A DNA stretch of 64,000 nt from Mycobacteriales bacterium. Lineage in GTDB: Bacteria; Actinomycetota; Actinomycetes; JAFAQI01. The translations under genes were made by a program, and so were the position numbers. The notes below the pieces were generated by a model, which saw only the letters and a list, made by a program, of their open reading frames with translations, did no database searches and was not told the origin of the DNA. This document shows positions 54,280 through 63,995 of the stretch, piece by piece. The stretch covers positions 66,503-130,502 of the forward strand of contig DASZVL010000013.1 in the NCBI GenBank assembly GCA_035547035.1, given 5' to 3'. Each line of letters starts with the position of its first letter. Within the stretch, counting starts at the first letter, position 1.

Positions 54280-57200
54280 CTACTTGACGTGCACCTTCAC
54301 CACGTTGCTGTAGCCGCTACGAACCCCGGCACGGCCCTTGACCTTGGCCTGGAACCTCAGGTGCAGGCCCTTCGCGGCCTTCAGCGTGCCCTTGACCTTG
54401 CCCTTCGGGCCGGTGACGCCGGTCCCGATCTTGTGGCGGGCTCCGCTCTTGCTGAGCTGGTAGAAGACCACCTTCGCGGCAACGAGCTTCGGGTGGCTCG
54501 TGACGGTCAGCGTGAGCTTCTCCCGGTGGTGGGCCGCCCGCTTCTGGCTGACCGTAAGCGCCGGCTTCTCCTTCGTGCTGCTGCCGCCGCAGTTCGACGT
54601 GCAGCCGCTGCCGCCTGAGCCGAACGTCACTACCGCCGTCGCCGGGTTGTGGCTGCCGACGCCGCTCGGGGCGTTGGTGCTCGCGTCGAGCACCGTCACC
54701 GTGTCACTGCCGCTGCTTCCGGTGTCGAGGTAGTTGAACGACGCGGTTCCGGCCGAGCCGGTCGTCGCCGTGCCCGACTGACTGTTGCGGCCGCTGACGG
54801 CCCACTGGAGCGTCTGGCCGGACACGCCCACACCGAACTGGTCGACCACCCGACCGGTGAGGCTGACCTCGCCGCCTGGCGCGACCTTCTGGGACGCCGG
54901 AGTCACGCCGACCGCCGCGGGGTGAGGCGCCTGGAACGTCGCCACTGCCGTATCCGGTCCCAGGCCGCCCTTCGTCGGGTCGCCCACGCTCGCCTGGACG
55001 GTGACCTTGTTGCCGGCAGCCGGGCTGGGCACGCTCACGACGAACAGCGCGTTGCCCTTGGCGTTGGTGTTGACCTGCGTCGCGGTCGTGGTGGACCCGC
55101 TCGGCGAGCCGCTCATCACGAACGTCACGGGAATGTTCGCCAGCGCAGCGTTGCTCGCGTCAGCGACATGCGCAGCGAAGATGATCGACTGCACGCCGCC
55201 ACTGCCTGTCGTGACGGTGCAGGCCGGGACGATCTGATTGGCGTCACTGGTCAGCTCGTCCGGGCAGCCGAACGTCAGAGTGCTGCCGGCCGGCGGAAGT
55301 GCCTGAACCGTGACCGTGGTGGTGGTCTGCGGGTCATTCGTGGCCGGAGCAGTCTCGTTGGCCGCCAGCGGGGAGAAGAACGTCACGTGGTCCACACCGA
55401 CGTTCTGGTTGTTGATCAATGAGCACTTCGCCTGACCGAACTGGTCGGCGGCCTGGCAGGCGACCGCCTTCGACGTGGCGTCCGGGCCCCCCGACGCGAC
55501 GACGTAGGAGACTGCCGCACCCGGCAGCGGTGTGCCGTTTGCGTCCTGCACGAGGACCGTGAACGTCGCCGTGCCGCCTTGCGCGATCGTCGGGTTTGCC
55601 GGCGTCACCGTCACCGTGTGCGCGGGACCCGGGGTCACGACGGTGAGCGTCTGGTTCGAGCTCACCTTGTTGTTGGCGCTGGTCGCCAGCGTCGTCTGGG
55701 CGAAGACGTTGACGGTTCCGGCGGTCTTTCCGCTGATCCCGACGATGATCTGGCCGGGATGCGCCGGGTCCTGAGCCGAGGTGCTGTTGATCGTGAGGGT
55801 GTCGGTCCAGGTCGGGTTGGTCAGCGGCGGCAGGCCCCCGCTCGACTTGACGCTGTTCGTCGAAGACTCGGTGGAGCCGCCGGGAACAGCGCACGTCGAC
55901 AGCGATGCCGCCGGCGCGCTGGCTGCCGTGCCGAGGCCCTGCGTGGCGACGATCGCCACCGGGTACTGCACGCCGGGTGCAACGGTGACCGTGTACGCCT
56001 GGCAACCGCCAGTGGCGATCTGCGCCTGACCTTGACCGGGCGAGAGGTCCGGGGCGAGCGTCACAGACGACGGGTTCGCAAAGGTGATGGTCACGGTCGC
56101 CTTCTGCGATGCAGGAAGCGTCGTCGGGTCCGTGACAGTCCCGCTCGGGTCGTTGTAGATCAGGACTGTGTCGGTTCCGGCGGTCCCGCTGTTGGCGACG
56201 TCGCAGACCCAGCTCGTGGTGCCGCCGCTGCTCGTGCAGGCGTGCGAGACATTGGCGCCGTCGAGATCCGATCCGGTGCTGGCCGTGACCTTGTAGCGCA
56301 CGTTGGGCGTCTGGGCGCTGCCGCTCGTGACGGTCACGTTGATCCGGCCGATGCCGCTGCCGGAGTTGGCGGAGTCCTTGGTCGGGAACGTCGTCGCCGT
56401 CGGCGTAGCGGTCACCGAGTCGCCGAACGTCACGTTCAACGTCGTCATCGGCTCGGGAAGCGGGTTCGTCGGGTTGTTGCCGTCGTAGACGCCGTTGTTG
56501 TTGGCGTCGTCGAAGATCGTGAGGTGGTCGGTGCCGCCCGTCCCGTTGTTCTTCAAGGTGCACGTGAACGTCGAGCCGGTCTGCGGGCAGATCACGGAGG
56601 TCGTCGTGTGGTCCGGGTCGCCGGCCGGCGTGATGACGTAGTCGATGTTCGCGGTCTGACCGGACGGGACACCCGCGGCCGTGACCGTGATGGTTGCGGT
56701 GCTGCCGGCCGAGTGGTTCGGGCCACCCGCGTCCTGTGCCGTCAGGACCTCGAAGTTGGCGGTCGCGGTCGCCGACGGCTCGGTGCTGCTGGGCGCCTTG
56801 TTCTGGTCGAGGTCGTCGTAGACCTCGACCGTCGCCGAGTCAGCGCGGCCGTTGTTGACGACGCTGCACGTCCAGGACGTCATCGGGTCGGGGTTCTTGC
56901 CCGCGTCGTTGTCGGTGCAGGTGCCGGGGCTGCTGAACTGGCCGCCGACGATCACCTCACGCAGGTGCGGCTGCCAGGTCGCGAGCCTCCCTGTGAGCTC
57001 GACGTCGAAGGCCGCCGAGCCTGCCGGCGAGGTGTTGCTGCGCGGGAGAAGCGGCGTGGAGGTCATCCCCTCGAAGCTGATCGTGATGGTCGTCTTGGCC
57101 TCGTCGGTGTCCGCCTGGTTTGGCGTCCCGTTCGCCGAGTCGTCGTCGAAGAGCTGGACGGTGTCCGTGCCGGCGGTGCCGCCGTTGGTAAGCGGGCAGG

Positions 57201-57786
57201 CCCAGTTGGCGGGCTGGGTCTGCGACTGGGTGCACTGGATCAGCGTGCCGTTGTCCGGTCCGGCAGTGACCAGGCCCTTGAGGGCCGGGGTGGTCGAGGC
57301 GCCCGTGAAGGTCACGTTGATGGTGGCCTTCTCGCCCGCGCCGTAGAGGTACGTCGGCGTTCCGGCAGGCGTGACGTTCTGGTCCGCCGTCGCCACCATC
57401 GTCTCGAAGCTGATCGCGGTAGGTGCCGAGGACACGTTCTGGGTGGGGTCGGTGACCACGACCTGGTCGGTGCCCGCGCCGCCGGTGTTGGTGAGCGAGC
57501 AGGTCGCGCCGCTCGCGCTGATGGTCGTGCAGCTGGCGCTCGGCGCGGCGTGGTCCGGGCCGCTCACCACGCTCAGGACGAGCGCGTCACCAGCCACCGG
57601 GTTCGTCACCGAGACGGTGATGACCGCGGTCTGGCCCACCGGGTACCGCGCCTGCTGACCGACTGCGGAGATGCTCTCCGAGCCGGCCGCCGAGGCGGCG
57701 GTGGCAAGGGGGACTGTCGACCCCAACGTGGCAGCCGCGATCGCCGCGACCGAACTCAGCCACCGCACCGCCCGCTTCGTGTGCAT
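54280..57786 (-). CDS. giant secreted repeat protein 1: Cys-pair/DxDxNG modules, Big_1-type Ig-like domain array, basic C-terminal domain
   Basis: Signal peptide MHTKRAVRWLSSVAAIAAATLGSTVPLATAASA; six or more modules C..C.[LV].N.G.AGTD.[VL].[IVL][FY]DD..NG; Big_1 signatures (VQDANGTPLPGAAVSY, VVDQFGVGVSGQTLQW); antisense frame is Arg-rich junk. Confidence 0.75.
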   Translation of the reverse strand: MHTKRAVRWLSSVAAIAAATLGSTVPLATAASAAGSESISAVGQQARYPVGQTAVITVSVTNPVAGDALVLSVVSGPDHAAPSASCTTISASGATCSLTNTGGAGTDQVVVTDPTQNVSSAPTAISFETMVATADQNVTPAGTPTYLYGAGEKATINVTFTGASTTPALKGLVTAGPDNGTLIQCTQSQTQPANWACPLTNGGTAGTDTVQLFDDDSANGTPNQADTDEAKTTITISFEGMTSTPLLPRSNTSPAGSAAFDVELTGRLATWQPHLREVIVGGQFSSPGTCTDNDAGKNPDPMTSWTCSVVNNGRADSATVEVYDDLDQNKAPSSTEPSATATANFEVLTAQDAGGPNHSAGSTATITVTAAGVPSGQTANIDYVITPAGDPDHTTTSVICPQTGSTFTCTLKNNGTGGTDHLTIFDDANNNGVYDGNNPTNPLPEPMTTLNVTFGDSVTATPTATTFPTKDSANSGSGIGRINVTVTSGSAQTPNVRYKVTASTGSDLDGANVSHACTSSGGTTSWVCDVANSGTAGTDTVLIYNDPSGTVTDPTTLPASQKATVTITFANPSSVTLAPDLSPGQGQAQIATGGCQAYTVTVAPGVQYPVAIVATQGLGTAASAPAASLSTCAVPGGSTESSTNSVKSSGGLPPLTNPTWTDTLTINSTSAQDPAHPGQIIVGISGKTAGTVNVFAQTTLATSANNKVSSNQTLTVVTPGPAHTVTVTPANPTIAQGGTATFTVLVQDANGTPLPGAAVSYVVASGGPDATSKAVACQAADQFGQAKCSLINNQNVGVDHVTFFSPLAANETAPATNDPQTTTTVTVQALPPAGSTLTFGCPDELTSDANQIVPACTVTTGSGGVQSIIFAAHVADASNAALANIPVTFVMSGSPSGSTTTATQVNTNAKGNALFVVSVPSPAAGNKVTVQASVGDPTKGGLGPDTAVATFQAPHPAAVGVTPASQKVAPGGEVSLTGRVVDQFGVGVSGQTLQWAVSGRNSQSGTATTGSAGTASFNYLDTGSSGSDTVTVLDASTNAPSGVGSHNPATAVVTFGSGGSGCTSNCGGSSTKEKPALTVSQKRAAHHREKLTLTVTSHPKLVAAKVVFYQLSKSGARHKIGTGVTGPKGKVKGTLKAAKGLHLRFQAKVKGRAGVRSGYSNVVKVHVK

Positions 57787-57977
57787 CGTGTTGCGCTCCT
57801 CCCGGAAAGCCTTCATCTGATCGGCTCTTCGTCGTAACCCCAGCGCACCGGTGCCCTGAAGCCCAGCAATGCGAATCCACCCAAATGGGCGGATATCCCA
57901 ACCGGGACATCATACGGGCGCGCGTCGCGCCACGCTGGGAAGGTTGGGCGGTTAGTTGTCACTGTCTCCGGCCGCCG

Positions 57978-60900
57978 TCAGGCCTTGACTCGGATCGACT
58001 TCGTCCGCGACTTCCCCGACCGCACGCCGGACTTGCCCGACACCTTCGCGCGGAACTTGAGCTTCTTGCCGACCTTCGCGTGGACGAACAGGTGCGCCCG
58101 TCCGGCCGAGCCCGTCCGGCTCACCCCGATCTTGTGGAAGTGCCCGAGCCGCTCGACGTAGTACGTCACCTTCGCGTGGGCCAGAGCCGGGTGGCTCGAG
58201 ACGTGGATCGTGACGACGCCCGCGTGAGAGGTCAGGCGGATGCCCGGGTGCTCCTTGGCCCCGCCCGCGACCGAGACGTTCAACGTGCCGCTGGGCTCGC
58301 CGCTGCCGGCGCTGCCGTTGTTGTTGACGTCGTCGTAGGCGAACACGTGGTCGGTCCCGCCAACGACCGGGGTGTAGGCGAAGAACGCCACGCCCTTCGG
58401 CGTCGTCGTACCGGACCCGGAGGCGGAGTTCGCTCCGGTGATCCGGAACCGGACGAGCTGACCGACCGCGGGGGTGCCGTCGGAGTTCGTCACGGTTGCC
58501 GCGATCAGCTCCTGGTCGCCGACCTTGCGCGGGCCGGCGGCCTGGACCACGACGCTGGTCGCCACGACCGGGGCGCTCACGGTGTACGTCGCGGTCGCGG
58601 TGCACGCGCCCGCGGTGGCAGCGGGCGGCGTGCCCTGGTTGGCAAGCTGGCCGCACTGGCTTCCCGCGCCCCCGGCGGAGATCGTGGCGACGACCGAGCC
58701 GGGCCCGCTGTCCGTCGCCGCGGTCGTGACCGTCACGCTCGCCGTACCGTCCGCGGCGGTCGTCAGCGTCGCCGACGACGAGCCCGCGATGTTGCCGGGC
58801 CCGCTCTGGGTGAACTGCAGTCCGACGTTCGCCACCGGGTTGCCGAAGGCATCCGTGACGGTGGCGGTGAACTTGCCCGAGGTCCCGCGGGTGATGGTCG
58901 TCGATGCCGGCGCGATCTTGATCGTGCGCGCCTTGTCGGACGTCGGCGTCTGGTAGGTCACCGTGCTCGAGGCGGTCGCCGAGTCGGCACTGGCGGTGAC
59001 GGTGTGGGCGCCCGACTTCGTCGACGTCACGTCCGCGAACGCAAAGCCTGCGGCATCCGCGGCGACGGTGACACTCGTCGTGCTCGTCGGTGTGAGGGCG
59101 CCCTGCTTGGCGACCTGGCCGTTCGACATGGTGAAGGTCACCGGCTTGCCGGCGAGCACCTCGCCGGTCGAGTTCTTCACGAGCGCACACACGGTGGTCG
59201 TGGTCCCGAGCGCGACGTTGGTCGCCGCCGTGTGGCCCGTCGCGGTGCAGGTGGCGTCCGACGTGCCACTCCCGCTCGTGTCGATCGTGATCACCGACGC
59301 GGCGGTCGAGCCGTTGACGTACTGCACGGTCGCGGAGCCGTTGAACGGGTGCGTGGTGTCGATGACGCTGATCGTGTCCGACGTGGACGCGGCGTTCACG
59401 CCGGTGTCGGTGTAGCTGATCGTCGCAGTGCCGGCGGGACCGGTCGTGACGGTTCCGCCCTTGCCGTTGTTGCGCCCCACCACGGAGTAGTTCAGGGCCT
59501 CCGACCCGGACACCCCGGCGCCGAACTGGTCGGTGACCTGTGCGGTCACCGTGACCACGCCGCCCTTCGTGACGGTCTGAAGCTGAGGTGTCACAGCCAG
59601 CGCGGTCGCCACTGGTGTCTGCCAGCTTGCGCTGGAGGTTCCGGCGGATGTCGCACCAACCTTCGCCTGAATGATCGCGCCGTCGCCGGCGGCCGGGTTC
59701 GGATCGTTGATCGTGAAGGTCGCGATGCCGTTCACGTCGGTCGTGGCGCTCCCGGACGGCAGGTTCGCCGCGCTGATCGCCTGACCACCGACCACCGCTG
59801 CGGTCGCGGTGAAGTCGACGATGGCACCGGAGACCGGCGTCCCGTTGTTCTTGAGGATCTCGGCGAACGTCACCGACTTCTGCGTGGTCGGCACGGTGCA
59901 GTTCTGGACGCCGGTGCCCTGGTTCGCACCGGCCAGCTGCTGGACGCAAGTGAGGGCATCGCTGGTGAAGGTGGGTTGCGCGTTGAAGACAGCGGTTGCC
60001 GTGGTCTGCGGCTCGTTCGAGTCCGGGCCCGTCGTGTGGTTGCCCGGCGCGTTGTTGTCCACCCAGAAAGTGATCGCATCGGTTCCGGGGCTGCCACCGT
60101 TCGGCACCGAGCATGTGGTGGTGCCGTCGGCGTGCGTGGTGCCACACGCCGCAGGGGTCAGGCTGTCCGGCCCGCTCGTGGTCTCACGGTTGACTTGGAC
60201 GCCCTCGATCGGGTTGTTGGTCGAGTCGGTGACGCCGACGGTGTAGGACGCGACGGTGCTGGTGTACTGCGTCCGGCTCGCCGGTACCGCGAGCAGCTTC
60301 GCCGCTCCCGCGACGCCGCCGACGCTCCAGTTCATCGGCTGGGAGCCGCTGATGTTGCCCGCGGCGGTAGCCGTCACGCTCCCGGGACCGGCGTTCCCGG
60401 CCGCAACGCCGATCTTGACCGTGCCGTCGCTGCCGGTCTGGACCGTCTTCGTCTGGCTGACCGTAAACGTGCCGTCGCCGTTGTCGGTAGCCCCGGTCCG
60501 CTGGTCGGCACCCGTCGAGCAGTCGGCGTTGAAGAACGTCACCTCAGGAGCGCTCGGCGTGCCGGTGACGGTCTGGTTCATGGTCACCGTGATCGGATCG
60601 CCGGCCGACGCCCGCCCCCCGGCGTCGGTCGCGGTGATCGTGTAGACGATGCAGGTTCCCGTGGTGGCGGAGTTGCTCGGGGCGGTGATGGTCACCCCGG
60701 CCGCCGCGCCCGAGAACGTCACGAGCGTGGAGGGCGACACCACGTCGGCGGGCGCGGGCGTCGCGTCGTCCACGCCGTCGTTGTTGTTGTCGGCCAACGC
60801 CTCGACCGTGTCCTGGCCGGCGCCGTTGGCGTTGCGCAACGAGCAGGTGGCCGTGCCATCAAGCCTGGTCAGGCACGGCGCTCCCGCGGGGAACGCGGTG

Positions 60901-61514
60901 CCGTCGGTGCCGCTGGGATTCGGGCCGCCGAGGTTCGTGAGCCGGATCAGCGGCGCATCCTGCCCGGCGACGACGGGCGAGTAGTGCACGTTGAGGGTCG
61001 CGGTGGAGCCGGCCGGCTGGTTGGTGTTCTGGCTGTTCGCGTCGATGGTGACCGACGTGTCGGTCGTCTCGGCGCCGGTGAGCGCAACCGTGGCGTCCGC
61101 GTGCTGCGCGCCGTTCGTGATGCGCAGCACGTCAGGGCCTGCCCCGGCGTAGACGTTGGTGAAGGTGCAGCTGCCGCTGAAGACGTTGGCCACCGGGGCC
61201 GTCTCCGAACAGCTCAGGGTCGGGTTGGGCCCGGCGCCGTCGGGGCCGCTGGCGAACGCGAACGTCGAGGCACCCGTCTCCGTGCCGTCCGTGGTGACGG
61301 TGTAGTTGACGGTCGCCGTGCCGCCGTGAGCCATCGTCGTGGTGGTGCCGGCGGGGTTGATCGTCACTGCCGTCGTGGCGGCCGCCGCCGTTCCGAGCGA
61401 CAGCGGAGAGGCCAGTACGGCGGTCGTCGCGCCGATCACCGTGGCGGCGGAGGCCCACCGCTTCAGCGCACGACGAAGACTCCCCGTACCGGTCATGTGC
61501 ATCCCTTCCGACAC
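57978..61514 (-). CDS. giant secreted repeat protein 2 (paralog): Cys-pair modules plus Big_1 array plus basic C-terminal domain
   Basis: Signal peptide; Big_1 signatures VTDQFGAGVSGSEALNY, VKNSTGEVLAGKPVTF, VTDAFGNPVANVGLQF, VTNSDGTPAVGQLVRF; C-terminal domain alignable to proteins 1 and 3. Confidence 0.75.
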   Translation of the reverse strand: MSEGMHMTGTGSLRRALKRWASAATVIGATTAVLASPLSLGTAAAATTAVTINPAGTTTTMAHGGTATVNYTVTTDGTETGASTFAFASGPDGAGPNPTLSCSETAPVANVFSGSCTFTNVYAGAGPDVLRITNGAQHADATVALTGAETTDTSVTIDANSQNTNQPAGSTATLNVHYSPVVAGQDAPLIRLTNLGGPNPSGTDGTAFPAGAPCLTRLDGTATCSLRNANGAGQDTVEALADNNNDGVDDATPAPADVVSPSTLVTFSGAAAGVTITAPSNSATTGTCIVYTITATDAGGRASAGDPITVTMNQTVTGTPSAPEVTFFNADCSTGADQRTGATDNGDGTFTVSQTKTVQTGSDGTVKIGVAAGNAGPGSVTATAAGNISGSQPMNWSVGGVAGAAKLLAVPASRTQYTSTVASYTVGVTDSTNNPIEGVQVNRETTSGPDSLTPAACGTTHADGTTTCSVPNGGSPGTDAITFWVDNNAPGNHTTGPDSNEPQTTATAVFNAQPTFTSDALTCVQQLAGANQGTGVQNCTVPTTQKSVTFAEILKNNGTPVSGAIVDFTATAAVVGGQAISAANLPSGSATTDVNGIATFTINDPNPAAGDGAIIQAKVGATSAGTSSASWQTPVATALAVTPQLQTVTKGGVVTVTAQVTDQFGAGVSGSEALNYSVVGRNNGKGGTVTTGPAGTATISYTDTGVNAASTSDTISVIDTTHPFNGSATVQYVNGSTAASVITIDTSGSGTSDATCTATGHTAATNVALGTTTTVCALVKNSTGEVLAGKPVTFTMSNGQVAKQGALTPTSTTSVTVAADAAGFAFADVTSTKSGAHTVTASADSATASSTVTYQTPTSDKARTIKIAPASTTITRGTSGKFTATVTDAFGNPVANVGLQFTQSGPGNIAGSSSATLTTAADGTASVTVTTAATDSGPGSVVATISAGGAGSQCGQLANQGTPPAATAGACTATATYTVSAPVVATSVVVQAAGPRKVGDQELIAATVTNSDGTPAVGQLVRFRITGANSASGSGTTTPKGVAFFAYTPVVGGTDHVFAYDDVNNNGSAGSGEPSGTLNVSVAGGAKEHPGIRLTSHAGVVTIHVSSHPALAHAKVTYYVERLGHFHKIGVSRTGSAGRAHLFVHAKVGKKLKFRAKVSGKSGVRSGKSRTKSIRVKA

Positions 61515-61699
61515 CCCCGCGGGCGCCGTGGCAGGCGTTGACGCACGCGTGCGCTACCTCTATCGACGCCGAGAACCGGTGTTGGTCGCGGCCAGTTGTC
61601 GACTTCGTACCACATCGCAGGCAGGCGATCGGGGAGGCTGAACGCAGTTCGGGATGACCAGTGCCGCAAACCGGGAGTTTTGTCCTGGTCTGCGAAAAC

Positions 61700-61735
61700 G
61701 CTGAAGGCCGGCCCCTGATGGGACCGGCCTTCAGC
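61700..61735 (-). terminator. intrinsic terminator downstream of giant gene 3
   Basis: GCTGAAGGCCGG-(12 nt)-CCGGCCTTCAGC, 12-bp perfect stem; on the minus strand followed by CGTTTTCG. Confidence 0.55.
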
Positions 61736-61751
61736 GTTACTTGCGGGTGAG

Positions 61752-63995
61752 CTACCGCTTGACGTGGATCGACCGCGCCGGCGACGTGCCCGACGTCGTG
61801 ATCGACGTGGCGCTCACCTTCACCCGGAACTTGCGGTGCGAGCCGCGCTTCTCCGCGAAGGAGTGCGAGGCCTTGCCGCTGAGCGAGCCCGTCCGGTTGT
61901 GGTGGATCAGCACCCACGACCCGTGGCGCTTCACGTAGTAGCGCACGTTGGCCTGGAAGGCCTTCGGGTGCGTCGTGACGTGAACCCGCACGTGGCCAGG
62001 CGTCGAGCTGAGCGAGATCGACGGGTGCTCGATGCCGTGCACATGCCCGGTCGCGAACGCCTGCGGCTCGTCAGCCTGACGGATCTGGTCGTCGTTGGTG
62101 TCGACGAACGCCGCGAGGTGAACCGTGCCGTGGTGGGTGACCAGGATCGACACGTGGGTGTTGCCCAGCGGACCGGTCGTCGCGCTTGCAGCGGCCGTGT
62201 CCGCACCCTTCATGTAGAACCGGACGACCTGGTGGGCCGCCGGCGTGCCGTCGGAGTTCGTCGCGTTGGCCTCGATCCGCATGTGCGTACCGGACCTGAC
62301 GCTCTTCTCAGGCGTGATCGTCAGACCGCTCGGCGTCACCGTGGTGCCCACGGTGTACGTCGAGGTCGCGGTGCAGGTGCTCGCCGGCGTCCCGGTCGGG
62401 GCGCTCGAGCACTGCGTGCCCGTCGTGGCGATGGTCGCCGTGACGGAACCCGAGCCCTTGTCCGTCGCCGCCGTACCGAGCGTCACACTCGCGGTGCCGT
62501 CGGATGCGGTGGTGACCGAAGCGGACGACGCGCCGCCGATCGAGCCCGGGCCGCTCTGCGTGAAGCTCACGCTCACGCCGGGGACCGGGTTGCCGAACTT
62601 GTCGGTAACCGTGGCGGTGAACTTCTGCTGACCGGCCGGCGCCACCGTCGCGGTGGCCGGAGCCAACGCGATGGCGTAGGCCTGGCTTGCGGCCGGTCCC
62701 GCGTAGGTCACGGTGCCCGTGCCGCTCACGCCATCAGCAGTCGCCGTGACGGTCTGCGCGCCGGCCTTCGTCGAGGTGACGTCAGCGAACGCGACACCTG
62801 CGGCATCGGTCGTCGCCTGGTAGGTCGTGCCGCTGCTGCTGGTCAGCCCGCCATGAGCCGCCACCTGGCCGTTGCTGACCGTGAAGGTCACGGCCTTGCC
62901 CGCCAGCACCTCACCTGTCGAGTTCTTCACCACGGCGCAGACCTCGGTCGTGTGCTGCAGCGCGACGTTGGTCGCCGCAGTGTTGCCACTCAGGCCACAC
63001 GTCGCGTCGCTGACGCCGAGACCGCTCGTGTCAACCGTGACGGTGCCGGCCGATGTAGAGCCGGTCACGTAGTCGACCGTCGCGGTGCCGTTGAAGTGGT
63101 CAGTGTTGTCCGTCACCTGGATGGTGTCGGTCTTCTGAGTCGGCACGGTGCCTGCGTCAGTGTAGGTGATGGTGCCGTCGGCCGCCGCCGTACCCGTCTT
63201 GGCGTTGTTGCGCCCGGTGACGAAGTACGTGATGTTCGGCGAACCTGCCACCGCGGTCCCGAACTGGTCGGTGACCGTTGCCTTGACCGTCACGGTGCCG
63301 CCCACCTGGACCGTCTGCAGCGCAGGCGTGACCGTGAGGCCGGTGGCCGTCGGCGATGCCCAGTGTGCAGTGGCGGACCCGATGTTGGTCGCACCGACCG
63401 CCGCGGACACCGTGACGTTGTCACCGTTGGCCGGCGTCGGGTCATTGACGACGTACGTCGCGGTCCCGTCAGCACCGGTCGTCTTGGTGGCCGACGCCGG
63501 CAGGTTGGACCCGGTCAGGGTCGTGCCACCGAGCTTCGCCGAGGTCGCCGTGAAAGTGACCGGAGCGCCCGAGATCGGGTTGCCGTTGGCGTCCTTGACC
63601 GTCGCCGTGAACGTCACCGACGTGGTGCTCGTCGGGACGGTGCAGTCGGTCTGCGCGGTGCCCTTGTTGGCACCTGACAGCTGCTGCGTGCAGGTCACCG
63701 AGCTCTTCGCCGCAGACACCGCCGGCGCGGCGTTGAACGTCGCAGTTGCGGTGCCCTTCGGCTCACAAGTGTCGGCACCGCTGGTGTGGCTGCAGCCCGA
63801 GGCCGTGTTGTCCACCCAGAAGACGAGCGAGTCGGTGCCCGCCGTGCCGCCGTTGTGGACCGTGCAGGTGGCCTGACCGGAGGAGTTCGTCGTCCCGCAC
63901 GAGGTCACGGGAACGTTGTCCGGGTTGGTGGTGCCGGTCGTCGCCTCGTTGATGGTGACGCCCTGCACCGGGCTGGTGCCGTTGGTGGCGGTCAC
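61752..63995 (-). CDS. giant secreted repeat protein 3 (paralog, 5' end beyond window)
   Basis: Big_1 signatures VKDANGNPISGAPVTF, VTDQFGTAVAGSPNITY, VKNSTGEVLAGKAVTF, VTDKFGNPVPGVSVSF; long blocks about 80% identical to protein 2; same basic C-terminal domain. Confidence 0.75.
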   Translation of the reverse strand: MTATNGTSPVQGVTINEATTGTTNPDNVPVTSCGTTNSSGQATCTVHNGGTAGTDSLVFWVDNTASGCSHTSGADTCEPKGTATATFNAAPAVSAAKSSVTCTQQLSGANKGTAQTDCTVPTSTTSVTFTATVKDANGNPISGAPVTFTATSAKLGGTTLTGSNLPASATKTTGADGTATYVVNDPTPANGDNVTVSAAVGATNIGSATAHWASPTATGLTVTPALQTVQVGGTVTVKATVTDQFGTAVAGSPNITYFVTGRNNAKTGTAAADGTITYTDAGTVPTQKTDTIQVTDNTDHFNGTATVDYVTGSTSAGTVTVDTSGLGVSDATCGLSGNTAATNVALQHTTEVCAVVKNSTGEVLAGKAVTFTVSNGQVAAHGGLTSSSGTTYQATTDAAGVAFADVTSTKAGAQTVTATADGVSGTGTVTYAGPAASQAYAIALAPATATVAPAGQQKFTATVTDKFGNPVPGVSVSFTQSGPGSIGGASSASVTTASDGTASVTLGTAATDKGSGSVTATIATTGTQCSSAPTGTPASTCTATSTYTVGTTVTPSGLTITPEKSVRSGTHMRIEANATNSDGTPAAHQVVRFYMKGADTAAASATTGPLGNTHVSILVTHHGTVHLAAFVDTNDDQIRQADEPQAFATGHVHGIEHPSISLSSTPGHVRVHVTTHPKAFQANVRYYVKRHGSWVLIHHNRTGSLSGKASHSFAEKRGSHRKFRVKVSATSITTSGTSPARSIHVKR

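Noticed and set aside
55579-61541. Very long plus-strand ORFs (752 aa and 1218 aa) antisense to the giant repeat-protein genes
   Set aside because: Translations are dominated by Arg/Gly/Asp/Val runs with no motifs, typical of antisense frames in 70% GC DNA. The minus-strand frames have signal peptides and repeated Big_1 signatures.
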